From positions 42,381 to 106,380 of the IMG/VR virus record IMGVR_UViG_3300035703_000034: a stretch of 64,000 nt of DNA. One strand, written 5' to 3'. The notes beneath the pieces are model-generated. The model made no database searches. It was not told where the DNA came from and saw only the letters and a list, made by a program, of their open reading frames with translations. Shown here piece by piece: positions 47,698-57,350 of this stretch; the first letter of the stretch is position 1; every line of letters begins with the position of its first letter. This DNA is from a virus. Both the position numbers and the translations under genes were made by a program.

Positions 47698-47990
47698 CGC
47701 TGGGCCAGGATCTCCTGCGCTCGCAGGTGCAGTGGACGGTGTTCGCCTGCCAGGACCTGCTGCGGATGCAGCACGTGGCGGGCGTGGTGCGGCTTAAGGA
47801 CAATTTGCAGCGGGTGCTCCAGCACCCGCACGACCTGGCCGGGGCCTTGATGGCGCTGCTCGACGAGACGACCGTCGAGGACGCCTTCGAGAACCTGCGC
47901 GAGATGACGGACTGGATGGAGCGCGTGCGGCTCTACGTGAACGCGCTCAACAGCTGGGACACCCGCGTCATGGCGGATGAGAGGAGCTGA
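47694..47990 (+). CDS. Hypothetical protein
   Basis: ATGA overlap. Confidence 0.55.
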   Translation: MTLGQDLLRSQVQWTVFACQDLLRMQHVAGVVRLKDNLQRVLQHPHDLAGALMALLDETTVEDAFENLREMTDWMERVRLYVNALNSWDTRVMADERS

Positions 47991-47992
47991 CG

Positions 47993-48367
47993 ATGGATAA
48001 GTTCAAGAAGGCGATGGCGCAGCTGATGCGCGCCTACGAGGAGGAGCTCACGAAGGACCTGGTGGTCGTCGGCAAGCTCACGGACGACGAAAAGGTCATC
48101 GTGCGCCGGATGGCCGGCATCCACGAGCGGGGCCAGACGCTGCACGAGGTCATCCAGACGATGACCGACGAGCTGCAGCAGCTGGCGACGACGCTGGAGC
48201 GCACGGAGTTCCGGCTGCAGGATCGGCTGGCCCAGCGGCTGGACATTCCCGACAGCGTGGCCGACGCCGAGCGCGACGTGCTGTTCGTCGCGGACGACGG
48301 CCAGGTGCTGATGCGCCGGCAGCTGGCGTTCAAGCTAGGGCTCGAGTACCGGGAGGTGAAGGCGTGA
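47993..48367 (+). CDS. Hypothetical coiled-coil protein
   Basis: GAGGAG SD. Confidence 0.6.
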   Translation: MDKFKKAMAQLMRAYEEELTKDLVVVGKLTDDEKVIVRRMAGIHERGQTLHEVIQTMTDELQQLATTLERTEFRLQDRLAQRLDIPDSVADAERDVLFVADDGQVLMRRQLAFKLGLEYREVKA

Positions 48368-48555
48368 GTCTTGAGAGCAGCGCCATTCTACTGCTCCGCG
48401 AGTTCGTGGAGAACGTCCGTGCGGTGGGCGGCCTGGACGACGTCCGTTTCGGCGAGCTCGACGACGAGCCGGGCTGGCCGGACATGCAAGAGACCTTCGA
48501 GCGCGCCGCGAGGCTGCTGGCGGCGTGCGACACATCGGAAGAAGGAGGCACCTGA
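48364..48555 (+). CDS. Small hypothetical protein
   Basis: GTGA overlap, GGAGG SD. Confidence 0.5.
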   Translation: MSLESSAILLLREFVENVRAVGGLDDVRFGELDDEPGWPDMQETFERAARLLAACDTSEEGGT

Positions 48556-48941
48556 TGACAACCAGCATGATTCGCAAGAACTTTCTCGACGTGTACCAAC
48601 GGTACGAACAGCTGGGGTTCGACATCGTGGCGAACGTCAACGTGGATCGGCCTGACCTGGGGATGGACACCTGGCTGCTCGCCAGCTGGGAGCCGGGGTA
48701 CAAGCGCGTGTCGCTGGACGGTTTCGCCACGCGGGCTGACATTCAGGACGTCCTGTTGCACGGGCTGCTGGACGATGGCGCGGACTACGACGCAGCGACC
48801 GTCCCGCTGCTTGCGCTGAACCTGACCACGGGCGACCGCTACGCCCTGCGAGCCCGCTACGACATGGAGCTCGCCGGGCCGTTCGGCAACGACTTCCGCA
48901 CAGACGGCTTCACGGACGGCATCGCCCGTCCGGTGTGCTGA
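48555..48941 (+). CDS. Hypothetical protein
   Basis: AAGGAGG SD, TGATG overlap. Confidence 0.6.
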   Translation: MTTSMIRKNFLDVYQRYEQLGFDIVANVNVDRPDLGMDTWLLASWEPGYKRVSLDGFATRADIQDVLLHGLLDDGADYDAATVPLLALNLTTGDRYALRARYDMELAGPFGNDFRTDGFTDGIARPVC

Positions 48942-48954
48942 AAGGAGCAATCCG

Positions 48955-49407
48955 ATGGGTTACACGCACCACTACTACCAGCTCGTGCACTGCCCCGACG
49001 ACGTGTGGGCAACCCTGCGCGAGGCGGCCCACAAGCTCGTCGCCGCCGCCCCCTGCGCGATCGACGACGAGTCCAACCCCTGTCAGGTTCGCTTCAACGG
49101 GGTGGGCAGCGCGGGCTGCGAGACCTTCCTGCTCGGCAACTGGAAGCGCCCCAAGTACGACTGGGAGCGGTTGTCGGCATACACGCACGACGGCGCGCAC
49201 CACTTCTGCAAGACCGGTCACCGTCCTTACGACCTCGTCGTGTGCGCGGTGCTGGCCGTGGCAGAGCAGCTGGCGCCGGACGTGTACCGGGTGCGCTCCG
49301 ACGGCGAGCCCGACAAATGGCAGCCCGGGCTGGCGTTCGCCACGAAGGTGCTGGGTTTCGGAGTGAAGTTGCCGAAGGGCGTCGCATTTCCCGAGGAGGT
49401 GGCGTGA
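48955..49407 (+). CDS. Conserved phage hypothetical protein
   Basis: MGYTH...FNG...ETF...FCKT..PYDLVV motifs. Confidence 0.7.
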   Translation: MGYTHHYYQLVHCPDDVWATLREAAHKLVAAAPCAIDDESNPCQVRFNGVGSAGCETFLLGNWKRPKYDWERLSAYTHDGAHHFCKTGHRPYDLVVCAVLAVAEQLAPDVYRVRSDGEPDKWQPGLAFATKVLGFGVKLPKGVAFPEEVA

Positions 49408-49823
49408 TGGGACAGTACTTCCTGGTGGTGAACCTGGACAAGCGGGAGTTCATCCACCCGCACGCGTTCGGCGACGGGCTGAAGCTGGCGGAGTTCGGTC
49501 GCAGCGGGGACGGCACGATGTTCGCGCTCGCGGTGCTGCTCTCCGACGGCTTCCGCGAGCGGGGCGACGACCCCGTCATCGGCTCGTGGGCCGGCGATCG
49601 CGTCGTGGTGACGGGCGACTACGCGGCGGCCGGGCGCTTCACGGTCGACGAGTGGCGGAACCTGTACGCCGTCGTGCGCGAGTCGATCGACGTGGCGGCG
49701 CGCCAGCACGGCGAGCCGGGCCTGTACCGGGACGTCTCGGAGGAGGTGCGGCGTGCGGTGGTGAGCCGCATCGAGCCGGGGGTGTTTCAGGGTGGCGTCG
49801 AGTCCGGGGAGGCCGTAGGATGA
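49407..49823 (+). CDS. Conserved phage hypothetical protein
   Basis: MGQYF.VVNLDKRE...GLKL.E...GSWAGDRVVVTGDY. Confidence 0.7.
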   Translation: MGQYFLVVNLDKREFIHPHAFGDGLKLAEFGRSGDGTMFALAVLLSDGFRERGDDPVIGSWAGDRVVVTGDYAAAGRFTVDEWRNLYAVVRESIDVAARQHGEPGLYRDVSEEVRRAVVSRIEPGVFQGGVESGEAVG

Positions 49824-50272
49824 GGTGCAAAGAGGCCGAAGGGAAGCCGCCCGTGTTCCACAAGATGCTGCACCTCGCCACGGCGCACCTCACCGAAGAC
49901 ACGTGCACGCGGTGGCTCGGCAGCGACGACAACCGGTCAGTGAACGCGCTAGACTTCGGGGGCGCTGGTTGGCAGGTGGCGGTCAACCCGACCGCGGAGA
50001 GCGTGCCGGAGGACCTGCAGCGCGTGATGACGTACGCGCACAGAAACGACTGCGAATGGGTCTGCTTCGACTGCGACGCGCCCGTTTGCGCGGATCTGCC
50101 GACGTATGACTGGGGCCTCTACGCGGCCAGTCGCGCGGCACTCAACGCGCTGGCTGACCTCAAGGCAGGCAAGATCGACGCGGTGCCGCCGGAGGTGGTG
50201 ACGAAGCTCTTGCGAGAGGCGCGTTACCACGACAGCGCGGTCGAGAAGCTGGTGCGCGACGCCGGAATCTGA
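49820..50272 (+). CDS. DUF5983-like protein
   Basis: LATAHL...PEDL..V..YA...C.W..FD.DA...LPTYDW. Confidence 0.6.
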   Translation: MRCKEAEGKPPVFHKMLHLATAHLTEDTCTRWLGSDDNRSVNALDFGGAGWQVAVNPTAESVPEDLQRVMTYAHRNDCEWVCFDCDAPVCADLPTYDWGLYAASRAALNALADLKAGKIDAVPPEVVTKLLREARYHDSAVEKLVRDAGI

Positions 50273-50310
50273 CGCGCGGTGGATAATCTCTCCATAGACC
50301 CGCCAAGGCT

Positions 50311-50637
50311 ATGCGCGCAAGCGTATCCTCAAACTGGCGGGTCCCTTTTTGTCTGGAGGCAGAGGTGAAGCAAAAGACCCGCGTGACCGTCACGCCCCAC
50401 CGCATCGGCTACCTCACGGTCGAGCCGTGCGGTACCTTCAAGCGCACCTGGAAGGGCCAGACCTGGGACGACGACCAGGCGCTCACCCAGGGGGCGATGC
50501 TCCAGCTCAGTCAGGAGCAAGAGCCGGTGCTCCAGGCGATGGGCAGGACCGCCCGGCACTGGTTCGAGCGGGGCTGGGCGGTGACGACTTACCTGCCCGT
50601 GGAAGAGGCCGAGGCGCTGTTCCACTGCGCCTACTAG
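50311..50637 (+). CDS. Hypothetical protein
   Basis: ORF preceded by GGATAAT. Confidence 0.5.
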   Translation: MRASVSSNWRVPFCLEAEVKQKTRVTVTPHRIGYLTVEPCGTFKRTWKGQTWDDDQALTQGAMLQLSQEQEPVLQAMGRTARHWFERGWAVTTYLPVEEAEALFHCAY

Positions 50638-50651
50638 CGAAGGAGATCCTC

Positions 50652-51056
50652 GTGACGACGAAAACGACATGGACCCTGGTCACGCGGCTGCCCGGCGAGC
50701 ACCGCATTTTCCGGGACGCGGGCGGACGACTGGCGCTCGCCGACAACAGCGGGGACACGCCGGACACAACGGACGACGGCGTGCTGTACCTCGACCTCGA
50801 CCGGCCGGTGCAGTTGGTGTCGGCGTCAATCGCCGAGGTCTTCAGTACGTCCCAGCGGCTGTACTGCAAGATTCCGCTCGTGACGTCGGACGGCACAAAA
50901 AGTTCGACGTTGGGCGTCTTGGAGGACGGCCCGATCCTGAACAGCCTGGGTATGAAGGTCGAGGTCAACGCCGCCGCGCAGGCGGTGCTGGCACGCTTCA
51001 AATGGTGGTTGGCGTATGATCGCGTGTTTCAGCAAGAAGGACCCGTGGACGCGTGA
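50652..51056 (+). CDS. Hypothetical protein
   Basis: AAGGAG SD then GTG; ADNSGDTPDTTDDGVLYLD. Confidence 0.6.
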   Translation: MTTKTTWTLVTRLPGEHRIFRDAGGRLALADNSGDTPDTTDDGVLYLDLDRPVQLVSASIAEVFSTSQRLYCKIPLVTSDGTKSSTLGVLEDGPILNSLGMKVEVNAAAQAVLARFKWWLAYDRVFQQEGPVDA

Positions 51057-51270
51057 CTCGCACGGTCGTGCGTTGCACTGGGTGGCGAAGGAGATGCCGG
51101 ATCTCACGACGGTCCGGTGCGCCTTCACCACCTGGGCCGTCGACCGCGACCACGCCGTCACCTCGCTGGCGGTCCACCTGTTCTCGGACGACGAGGACGA
51201 GCCCGTGGACCGCGACGACGCCCGCCGTGCGTTTGACGCCGGCGGCTTCAGCGTGGCGTGGCTCAACTAG
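51016..51270 (+). CDS. Small hypothetical protein (start uncertain)
   Basis: ORF track; acidic C-terminus. Confidence 0.35.
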   Translation: MIACFSKKDPWTRDSHGRALHWVAKEMPDLTTVRCAFTTWAVDRDHAVTSLAVHLFSDDEDEPVDRDDARRAFDAGGFSVAWLN

Positions 51271-51287
51271 AGGGGCACAGGCTCGGT

Positions 51288-51881
51288 TCAGCTGAACAAC
51301 CGGCTCAACAACCCCCGGGTCTGGTGCCGCTCGAGCTGCGCGAGGCGTTCCTGCAGCCGCTGGTTCTCCTCGCGCAGCTCCAGGTTCCGGGCGCGCTGCT
51401 CTTCGTAGCGCTCCTGGTACTGACGAGCGGCCTCCTCGGCGGTGCCGAGCGATCGCGACGCCTCGACGAACTGGATGGAGATTTGACGATCGTCAGCCAG
51501 CTTGGCGATCGTTTGCTCCAGGCGCTCGCCGAGGTTCTGGAGCACCGTCAGCGCGGTGTTCCGGCCAACTTCCACCAGCTCCGCGTCGTCCTCTTCCTCA
51601 ACGAGCACGGCGTCCGCTTCGACAGCGGCAGGCGCAAAGCCGAACTCCGCTAAACGGGGAATCAGCTCACGCCGAAGCGCGACATCCTGCAGACCGGCCT
51701 CCCGCAACCGCTTGATCTCTTTGAGAAACGGCACGAACCGTTCGTCGAGCACACGCTGGCGGCGCTCGCCCACCTCGTACGGCAAGCAGTCGCGGAAGTC
51801 CTTCAACCAGAACTTGACGGTGCTTTCCTTGGTGCCCACCACCGCGGCAATCGTCTTGTTGGTGTAGGTCTGCTCCGACAT
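51288..51881 (-). CDS. MerR-like HTH + coiled coil + amphipathic C-terminal tail
   Basis: IAAVVGTKESTVKFW..F; coiled coil; RGLLSRLFS; AAAGGAAG SD. Confidence 0.75.
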   Translation of the reverse strand: MSEQTYTNKTIAAVVGTKESTVKFWLKDFRDCLPYEVGERRQRVLDERFVPFLKEIKRLREAGLQDVALRRELIPRLAEFGFAPAAVEADAVLVEEEDDAELVEVGRNTALTVLQNLGERLEQTIAKLADDRQISIQFVEASRSLGTAEEAARQYQERYEEQRARNLELREENQRLQERLAQLERHQTRGLLSRLFS

Positions 51882-51953
51882 AACACTTCCTTTCGTGGTC
51901 GCAATCCTAGTTTGGCTGTCGCTAAATCGTCAAGCGATGACGGGAGTCACGCA

Positions 51954-52688
51954 TCAGCCGGTCGCGGCAGGCAGCAGCTCCGCCAGCGGCAACCCCCACT
52001 CCGCGGCCCGCCGGCGGCCGCTGGCGCGGACGACGGCAAGCGGTGAGTCCAGCATCACGCGAACGGAAGTCATGCGGTCTTCCAGCGTGGTGGCCGCGTC
52101 GCGGGCGTCGGGCTCCGCCACCGGCCGCGCCGGTGCGGGCGCCACCCGGGGGGCCGGCTGCGGGGCGTCCGGCTGCTGGTCGCGGTGGTAGGTGTCCAGC
52201 GGCAACCAGTTGTGGACGATGGCGCGGAACAGGAACCCCTGCGGGTTCTTGAACCTGTAACCGACGGCCACGCGGTGCCGGTGGTAGGCCAGCTGGTTCT
52301 CGATGCGCTCCCGGGTGAACGCGCCGGCCTGCAGGCGGGCCAGCAAGTCCTGGACGGCCCAGGGCTTCAGGCCCGTCTCGAGCAGCGCGGTCTCAAGCGG
52401 CTCGCAGGGCTTTGCGGGTTCGTCCGCAACGGGCTGCGGGTGCTCATGAATCTCGTTGTGTTTTGTTGTGACATGTTCATGCGAAATTTTTTTCGTAACC
52501 GGAACCAGCTCGAGCTCGCGGAACTTCTCGAAGGCGAGCTCGACGGACCGGACGCTGATGCCGCAGGCCTGAGCAATCAGGCCGTACGGCGTCAGGCCGT
52601 GTTCCTCGACGTAACTGTGAACCAGAATGGCGGACAGGCTGAGGCCAGCCGCCTTGAGCTTGCGCAGCTCGGCGAACGGAATCGACAC
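51954..52688 (-). CDS. Putative replication initiator-like HTH protein
   Basis: GAGGAG SD then GTG; wHTH (IAQACGISVRSVELAF..F..L.L); C-terminal KNPQGFLFRAIVHNW. Confidence 0.5.
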   Translation of the reverse strand: MSIPFAELRKLKAAGLSLSAILVHSYVEEHGLTPYGLIAQACGISVRSVELAFEKFRELELVPVTKKISHEHVTTKHNEIHEHPQPVADEPAKPCEPLETALLETGLKPWAVQDLLARLQAGAFTRERIENQLAYHRHRVAVGYRFKNPQGFLFRAIVHNWLPLDTYHRDQQPDAPQPAPRVAPAPARPVAEPDARDAATTLEDRMTSVRVMLDSPLAVVRASGRRRAAEWGLPLAELLPAATG

Positions 52689-53143
52689 GCGGGCTCCTCG
52701 GGGCGTGTGCAGAAATTTTTCACGCCAGGGGTCGCCCTGTACTTGACGTCCCGATCCACCACCCGTATAGTCGAGGTTGCGAGTTTCAACTAAACGGTCT
52801 TGATTGTGGGTCGGGGGCCTTTCGGGGCTCCTGACTTTTTTTCTGCTCGGTGGGCTACTTGAGAGGTGGTTCCTCCAAACAAAAACGCCGTCGAGGCTGA
52901 CAGCTCGACGGGCGCAAGACACCCGGTGGTGACAAGCTCGTTTTGTGGTACGATGAGCTTGCCGCCGTCGCCTGCTGTCAAATCTGAGGCGCTGGCTTAT
53001 GGGCTCCGACGTTCCCGCGTCGGGGCCCTTTTATGTTGCGCGATCGCCAGGGCTTTGGCAAGCGATCCTCCCGCCGCCGATCGCCAAAGTGTTGTGCGGC
53101 CTGCGATCGCGGCGCGATCGCCCCGTGTGAGAAGGAGGCACCG

Positions 53144-53938
53144 ATGATCCCTGCATGGATCGCCCTGTGCGCATGGGCGATGCTGCTGTCGGGCTGCGTG
53201 TTCATCCCGCCCGTGACCGCCGCCGACGCGGTCAAACTAGCGTCGGATGGCGCGCAGATTCGCAAGCAAATTCTCCGGGTGCACCGCCGGGCGGAGGCAC
53301 CGGCGCTGCAGGCCTACGTGCAGCAGCTCGGCGCGCGCGTCGTGCGGGAGCTCGACCCGGACGCCGAGGCCTACACGTTCGAGGTGGTCGTGGCGGACCC
53401 CATCAACGCCTTCGCGTTGCCGGGCAACCACGTCTTCGTCACGACGGGCGCGGTGCTCGCCATGCGCACGGAGGCGCAGCTCGTGAACGTCCTCGGCCAC
53501 GAGGTCGCGCACGTGGTGAGCGACCACGGCTGGCAGAACGTGCAGTTTCGGCAGCAGAACGCGCGGTTGCACCGCATCGACCCGGCGGCCGGGTTGCTGG
53601 ACGTGCTGTGGACGAGCTTCCTGCACGCGGCCACGAACGGCCAGTTCAGCCAGGGGCTCGAGAGCGCGGCGGATCGCGCGGGGCTGGACGCGGCCTACGC
53701 CCTCGGCTACGACCCGCGGGGGCTGCAGGAGTTTCTGGCGCTTGCCGATCGCGCATCGACCGTCAAGCGAGACAAGCTTTCGGAGTGGATCGGGACGCAC
53801 CCGCCTTCGGCCAAGCGGTCGTCCGACATCGCGTCGCACATCGCGGCGCGTGGCATGCAGCTGGAGGGGCTGCGACAGGGGGCCGAGGAACTGCTCCAGG
53901 TGAAACGCAACGCATTTCCAATGAGGGCTTTGGAATGA
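53144..53938 (+). CDS. M48 family Zn metalloprotease lipoprotein (BepA/LoiP-like)
   Basis: Lipobox LSGC; INAFALPG; HEVAH; E..AD..G; THP. Confidence 0.9.
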   Translation: MIPAWIALCAWAMLLSGCVFIPPVTAADAVKLASDGAQIRKQILRVHRRAEAPALQAYVQQLGARVVRELDPDAEAYTFEVVVADPINAFALPGNHVFVTTGAVLAMRTEAQLVNVLGHEVAHVVSDHGWQNVQFRQQNARLHRIDPAAGLLDVLWTSFLHAATNGQFSQGLESAADRAGLDAAYALGYDPRGLQEFLALADRASTVKRDKLSEWIGTHPPSAKRSSDIASHIAARGMQLEGLRQGAEELLQVKRNAFPMRALE

Positions 53939-54447
53939 TCCCAACCACACCCGGTGCCGTCTTCCTCAAGCCGGGCGCGCGCCCCCAGTGCGTGCCTGTG
54001 CCCGTGGGGCTGACGGACCTGAAGAACTACGTAGAGGGCCACATCGAGGCCCTCTACCACTGGCTGCCCGAGCACCCCGGCGTCCTTGCCTACGGCAACG
54101 ACGAAGCCCGGCTGCTGGGGATGCCGCCCAGCCTGTACCGGCAGTACGACGAGCAGGTCCTCGTCGGCCCGTTGATCTTCGTGGGGGACGACGGCCAGGG
54201 AGACGAGCGTGCGCTGACCGACGACGAGGAACGCGCGGTGCTCGACTACATCGAGCGCAACAACCTGTCGAAGGCCTTGCCGGGCCAGACCGTGACGTAC
54301 ACGGACGACGCCGCGCAGGTGCGCGGCGTCGTGCAGGATCTCATCGTGGATCGCGACAACGTCTTGCACGCGGCGGTGCTGAACGAAGCCGGCATCACGG
54401 TGCGCGTGGCCCTGGATCGCATCCAGTACAACGAGGAGGCTCAGTGA
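53935..54447 (+). CDS. DUF3846-like protein
   Basis: L...VEGHIE...NDEARLLGMP...LVGPLIFVG. Confidence 0.65.
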   Translation: MIPTTPGAVFLKPGARPQCVPVPVGLTDLKNYVEGHIEALYHWLPEHPGVLAYGNDEARLLGMPPSLYRQYDEQVLVGPLIFVGDDGQGDERALTDDEERAVLDYIERNNLSKALPGQTVTYTDDAAQVRGVVQDLIVDRDNVLHAAVLNEAGITVRVALDRIQYNEEAQ

Positions 54448-54530
54448 TGAAACTCTTCTTGGGCACGCTGGTCTTCGTGCTGGTGTTCAGCGCGATGTCG
54501 AGCCTCTACGCATTTCTTTTCGGAGAGTAG
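54447..54530 (+). CDS. 27-aa transmembrane peptide
   Basis: GGAGG SD; MKLFLGTLVFVLVFSAMSSLYAFLFGE. Confidence 0.5.
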   Translation: MKLFLGTLVFVLVFSAMSSLYAFLFGE

Positions 54531-54603
54531 ACTCATTCGCAACAGTTGTGCTAGGTTACAAACAAGCACTCTCAAAGTTCAGTCAAGCAAGGAGCAAAGC
54601 ACG

Positions 54604-55299
54604 ATGGAAACCAAGATCTGCTCACGTTGCAAGGTGGCGCGCCTGACGACGGCGGCGTACACACCGTCTCAGGTCAACAGTCCCTCCGGGCGGTGCCGCG
54701 TGTGCATCCGCGACCAGAACACGGTGTACCGCTGCGTGAAGCTTGGTGTCACCAAGCAGATGGACGCACGGTTGACGTCCTTGGCCCACCTGTACAAGGA
54801 GGCTGGTGACTTCAGTTTCGCGGTTCCCGCGGCCCTGGTCGACCCGGTGTCGTGCACGCCGGCACACCCGCGGCTGCTTCCGCTGTCGGACAGCAACGCG
54901 CACTACCTGGCGGCGCTGAACGACAAGCGCGTCACCGTGGCGCCGCAGGTCGAGCCGGCCCTGCCCCGGCCTGCTGCGGGCATCGACGCCATCGAGGAGG
55001 CGCTTGCTTACGGGCGGGCGTTTCGCGTGGAGCTGGAGAAGACCCGCCAGGAGCGCGACGCGCTGCGCGAGCGGCTGGATGCCATGCAGCTGGAGCTGGC
55101 GACGGTCCAGGCCGAGGTGCGGACGCTGACCGAGGAGCTGACGACGGCGCGCAACGACGTCGCGACGCTCGAGAGGCTGATCGAAGACGAGGCCGCGGCA
55201 CGCGTCGAGCGCGTCGTGCCGACGCCCGAGCAGGCCGCGGAGCTCGCCGAGATGCGGGCGCTGGTCGGCACCTGCGGCGGCGAGGCCCTCGCCAGCTAA
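54604..55299 (+). CDS. Zn-finger plus coiled-coil protein
   Basis: KICSRC...CRVC; C-terminal heptads. Confidence 0.7.
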   Translation: METKICSRCKVARLTTAAYTPSQVNSPSGRCRVCIRDQNTVYRCVKLGVTKQMDARLTSLAHLYKEAGDFSFAVPAALVDPVSCTPAHPRLLPLSDSNAHYLAALNDKRVTVAPQVEPALPRPAAGIDAIEEALAYGRAFRVELEKTRQERDALRERLDAMQLELATVQAEVRTLTEELTTARNDVATLERLIEDEAAARVERVVPTPEQAAELAEMRALVGTCGGEALAS

Positions 55300-55380
55300 G
55301 CTCCCCACCCGCAGACGTTCAACCGGTTGCCGCACGACAGGCGACCGGTTGTCGTGCTGCGCCCTGACAGGAGGTGTTCG

Positions 55381-55662
55381 ATGCCTCGCACCAAGACGAA
55401 GCGCATCCCGTTCAATTTGGAGCCGTACCTCGACGGCGAGGGTCGGCTGGTTCACCACGTCTGGCCGGGCGGCTACCCGGTCTTCTACCTCACCGCCCGC
55501 GACGAGCCGCTGTGCCCGCGCTGCGCCAACCGCGAGCGGGACGACCTGGTCGCGGCGACGGCGAACTGGGAGAACCCGGCGCTGCACTGCGGGCACTGCA
55601 ACGACCGGATCGAGTCGGCGTATGCCGAGCACCGGGTCGCCAGGAGGGCCGCGCGATGCTGA
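55381..55662 (+). CDS. Small Zn-finger protein
   Basis: AGGAGG SD; GGYPVFY, CPRC, CGHC. Confidence 0.7.
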   Translation: MPRTKTKRIPFNLEPYLDGEGRLVHHVWPGGYPVFYLTARDEPLCPRCANRERDDLVAATANWENPALHCGHCNDRIESAYAEHRVARRAARC

Positions 55663-55853
55663 TGGTTCGCTACGATCGCGCCGCGGGGACCTACCACATC
55701 ACGCGCACGATCGCCGGGCGGTCGGACGTGTGTGACGTGGTGCCCACCACCGAGCTCCAGGACTACCTGCGTCGCAAGCGCCTGTCGCTCGCGACCTTCA
55801 TGGCCGGGTTTCACACCCACTGCTGGCCCGGAACGTGCCCGCAGTGTCTGTGA
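55656..55853 (+). CDS. Small hypothetical protein
   Basis: Overlapping start; C-terminal HxHC...CPQC. Confidence 0.45.
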   Translation: MLMVRYDRAAGTYHITRTIAGRSDVCDVVPTTELQDYLRRKRLSLATFMAGFHTHCWPGTCPQCL

Positions 55854-55869
55854 CCCACTAGGAGGCCCC

Positions 55870-56550
55870 ATGCACCCTCACAACCCGCTGCCGGTGGACC
55901 CGGCAGCCATCGCGGCCGCGCTGGCGGCGCCCTTCAGCGACGACGAGCTGAAGTACCGCCCCGGCCACACCTGGGAGGAACAGGGCGCCCGCTGGACGAA
56001 GCCGTTGGTCTACGTCGATGTCCGCACCGTCGTCACACGACTCGACGCGGTGCTCGGCATCCACGGCTGGTCGAGCGAGATCGTGCCCGTCGGCACGGGC
56101 GTGTACGCCGCCAAGCTGACGGTGCACGCGCTCGGCGGCATCACGCGCACCGACATCGGCCAGGCTGGCGAGCACGAGTCCGAAAAGGAGAAGGCCGGCG
56201 TGTCGGACGCCATCAAGCGCGCCGCCGTCCAGCTCGGCGTCGGCCGCTACCTCTACAGCCTCGAGGTGCCGAAGGCGCGGGTCGAGCAGCACGCGGGAGG
56301 CTGGCGCCTGCCGTACGGCTGGCGACCGGGGGCGCCTGAACCGGCGCACGCGCCGCAGCCTGTGCCGGGATCCGCGCCGAATGGCCGCGGCATCACGCCG
56401 GCCCAGTTCAACCGCCTTCAGTCCGACCTGGCTCGGCTGGGACGGACGGCGGAGCAGGTCGTGAACAGGCCGCTCACCGACCTCAGCAAATCTGAAGCAA
56501 GCCGGCTCATCGACATGCTGAGCGGCAACAACCCGCAGACCGCGGGTTAG
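55870..56550 (+). CDS. Rad52/Rad22-family single-strand annealing protein
   Basis: YVDVR.V..RLD.VLG..GW; KAGVSDAIKRAAVQLGVGRYLY. Confidence 0.9.
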   Translation: MHPHNPLPVDPAAIAAALAAPFSDDELKYRPGHTWEEQGARWTKPLVYVDVRTVVTRLDAVLGIHGWSSEIVPVGTGVYAAKLTVHALGGITRTDIGQAGEHESEKEKAGVSDAIKRAAVQLGVGRYLYSLEVPKARVEQHAGGWRLPYGWRPGAPEPAHAPQPVPGSAPNGRGITPAQFNRLQSDLARLGRTAEQVVNRPLTDLSKSEASRLIDMLSGNNPQTAG

Positions 56551-56563
56551 AAAGGAGCCCTCG

Positions 56564-56782
56564 ATGGATCCCGTCGCAAACCTCAACGAGCAGCTGGAGC
56601 TGGCACGCGCGCTGTTCGCGCTCAATGAGCAGCACGAGCTCGACGACATCGACGACGACACGCTTCTGAGCATCGCTTCTGACGCGTGGCGCTTGGCGGA
56701 GCTCGTCTTGGACCTTGACGCCTGGCAGCGTCGGGGTGGGTTCTCGCCGTACGCCGCCGCGTTGGTCAAGAAGGAGGGCTGA
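56564..56782 (+). CDS. Conserved small phage protein
   Basis: MDP.ANL...LAELV..LD.W...GGF.P. Confidence 0.7.
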   Translation: MDPVANLNEQLELARALFALNEQHELDDIDDDTLLSIASDAWRLAELVLDLDAWQRRGGFSPYAAALVKKEG

Positions 56783-56786
56783 CGCC

Positions 56787-56984
56787 ATGGACGACAACAG
56801 CAGACAAGTCCTTCAGGACCTGCACGGTCGCGTTCACGATCTGAGCGTGGCCGTGAGCCGGGCGTGGAACGAAATCGAGGATCCACCGGTTCGCAAGCAG
56901 TTGTGGGCCGTGCGGGACGCGGTGGTCGATACGTTTCAGGCACTCGAAGCAGCGTGGAAGGCCGGCGAACGACAGTCGCCCTGA
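56787..56984 (+). CDS. Small hypothetical protein
   Basis: AAGGAGG SD. Confidence 0.55.
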   Translation: MDDNSRQVLQDLHGRVHDLSVAVSRAWNEIEDPPVRKQLWAVRDAVVDTFQALEAAWKAGERQSP

Positions 56985-57004
56985 TCGGCACACCTCGCTC
57001 CTGC

Positions 57005-57031
57005 GCCCCGCCTCTCGGCGGGGCTTTTTTT
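57005..57031 (+). terminator. Intrinsic terminator
   Basis: GCCCCGCC-TCTC-GGCGGGGC-T7. Confidence 0.85.
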
Positions 57032-57046
57032 CATAGGAGGCTTCCC

Positions 57047-57340
57047 ATGGAGAACCGCTACCTGCGGCGTCTGGCTGACGACGGCCTCGACGCGGCCCGC
57101 GCGATGGTCGAGCAGGACGCACGCGACATCACGGACGCCTGCAACCCCGTGGCGATCGCGGGCGCCCTGCACGACATGCTGGTGTTCTACGGCCGCACGG
57201 AAACCTACAACCGCGAGGCCCTTGCGGCCAAGCCGGCCGTCCAGCTGGCGCTCACGCAGCTGACGTGGCTGCTGGCCGGCCAGAACGTCGCTCCGGACTC
57301 GGCCTGGGAGTGGCTGGGTCCGAGCAGCGCGGCCTCGTAA
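57047..57340 (+). CDS. Hypothetical protein
   Basis: AGGAGG SD. Confidence 0.6.
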   Translation: MENRYLRRLADDGLDAARAMVEQDARDITDACNPVAIAGALHDMLVFYGRTETYNREALAAKPAVQLALTQLTWLLAGQNVAPDSAWEWLGPSSAAS

Positions 57341-57350
57341 GGAGGGTTCG

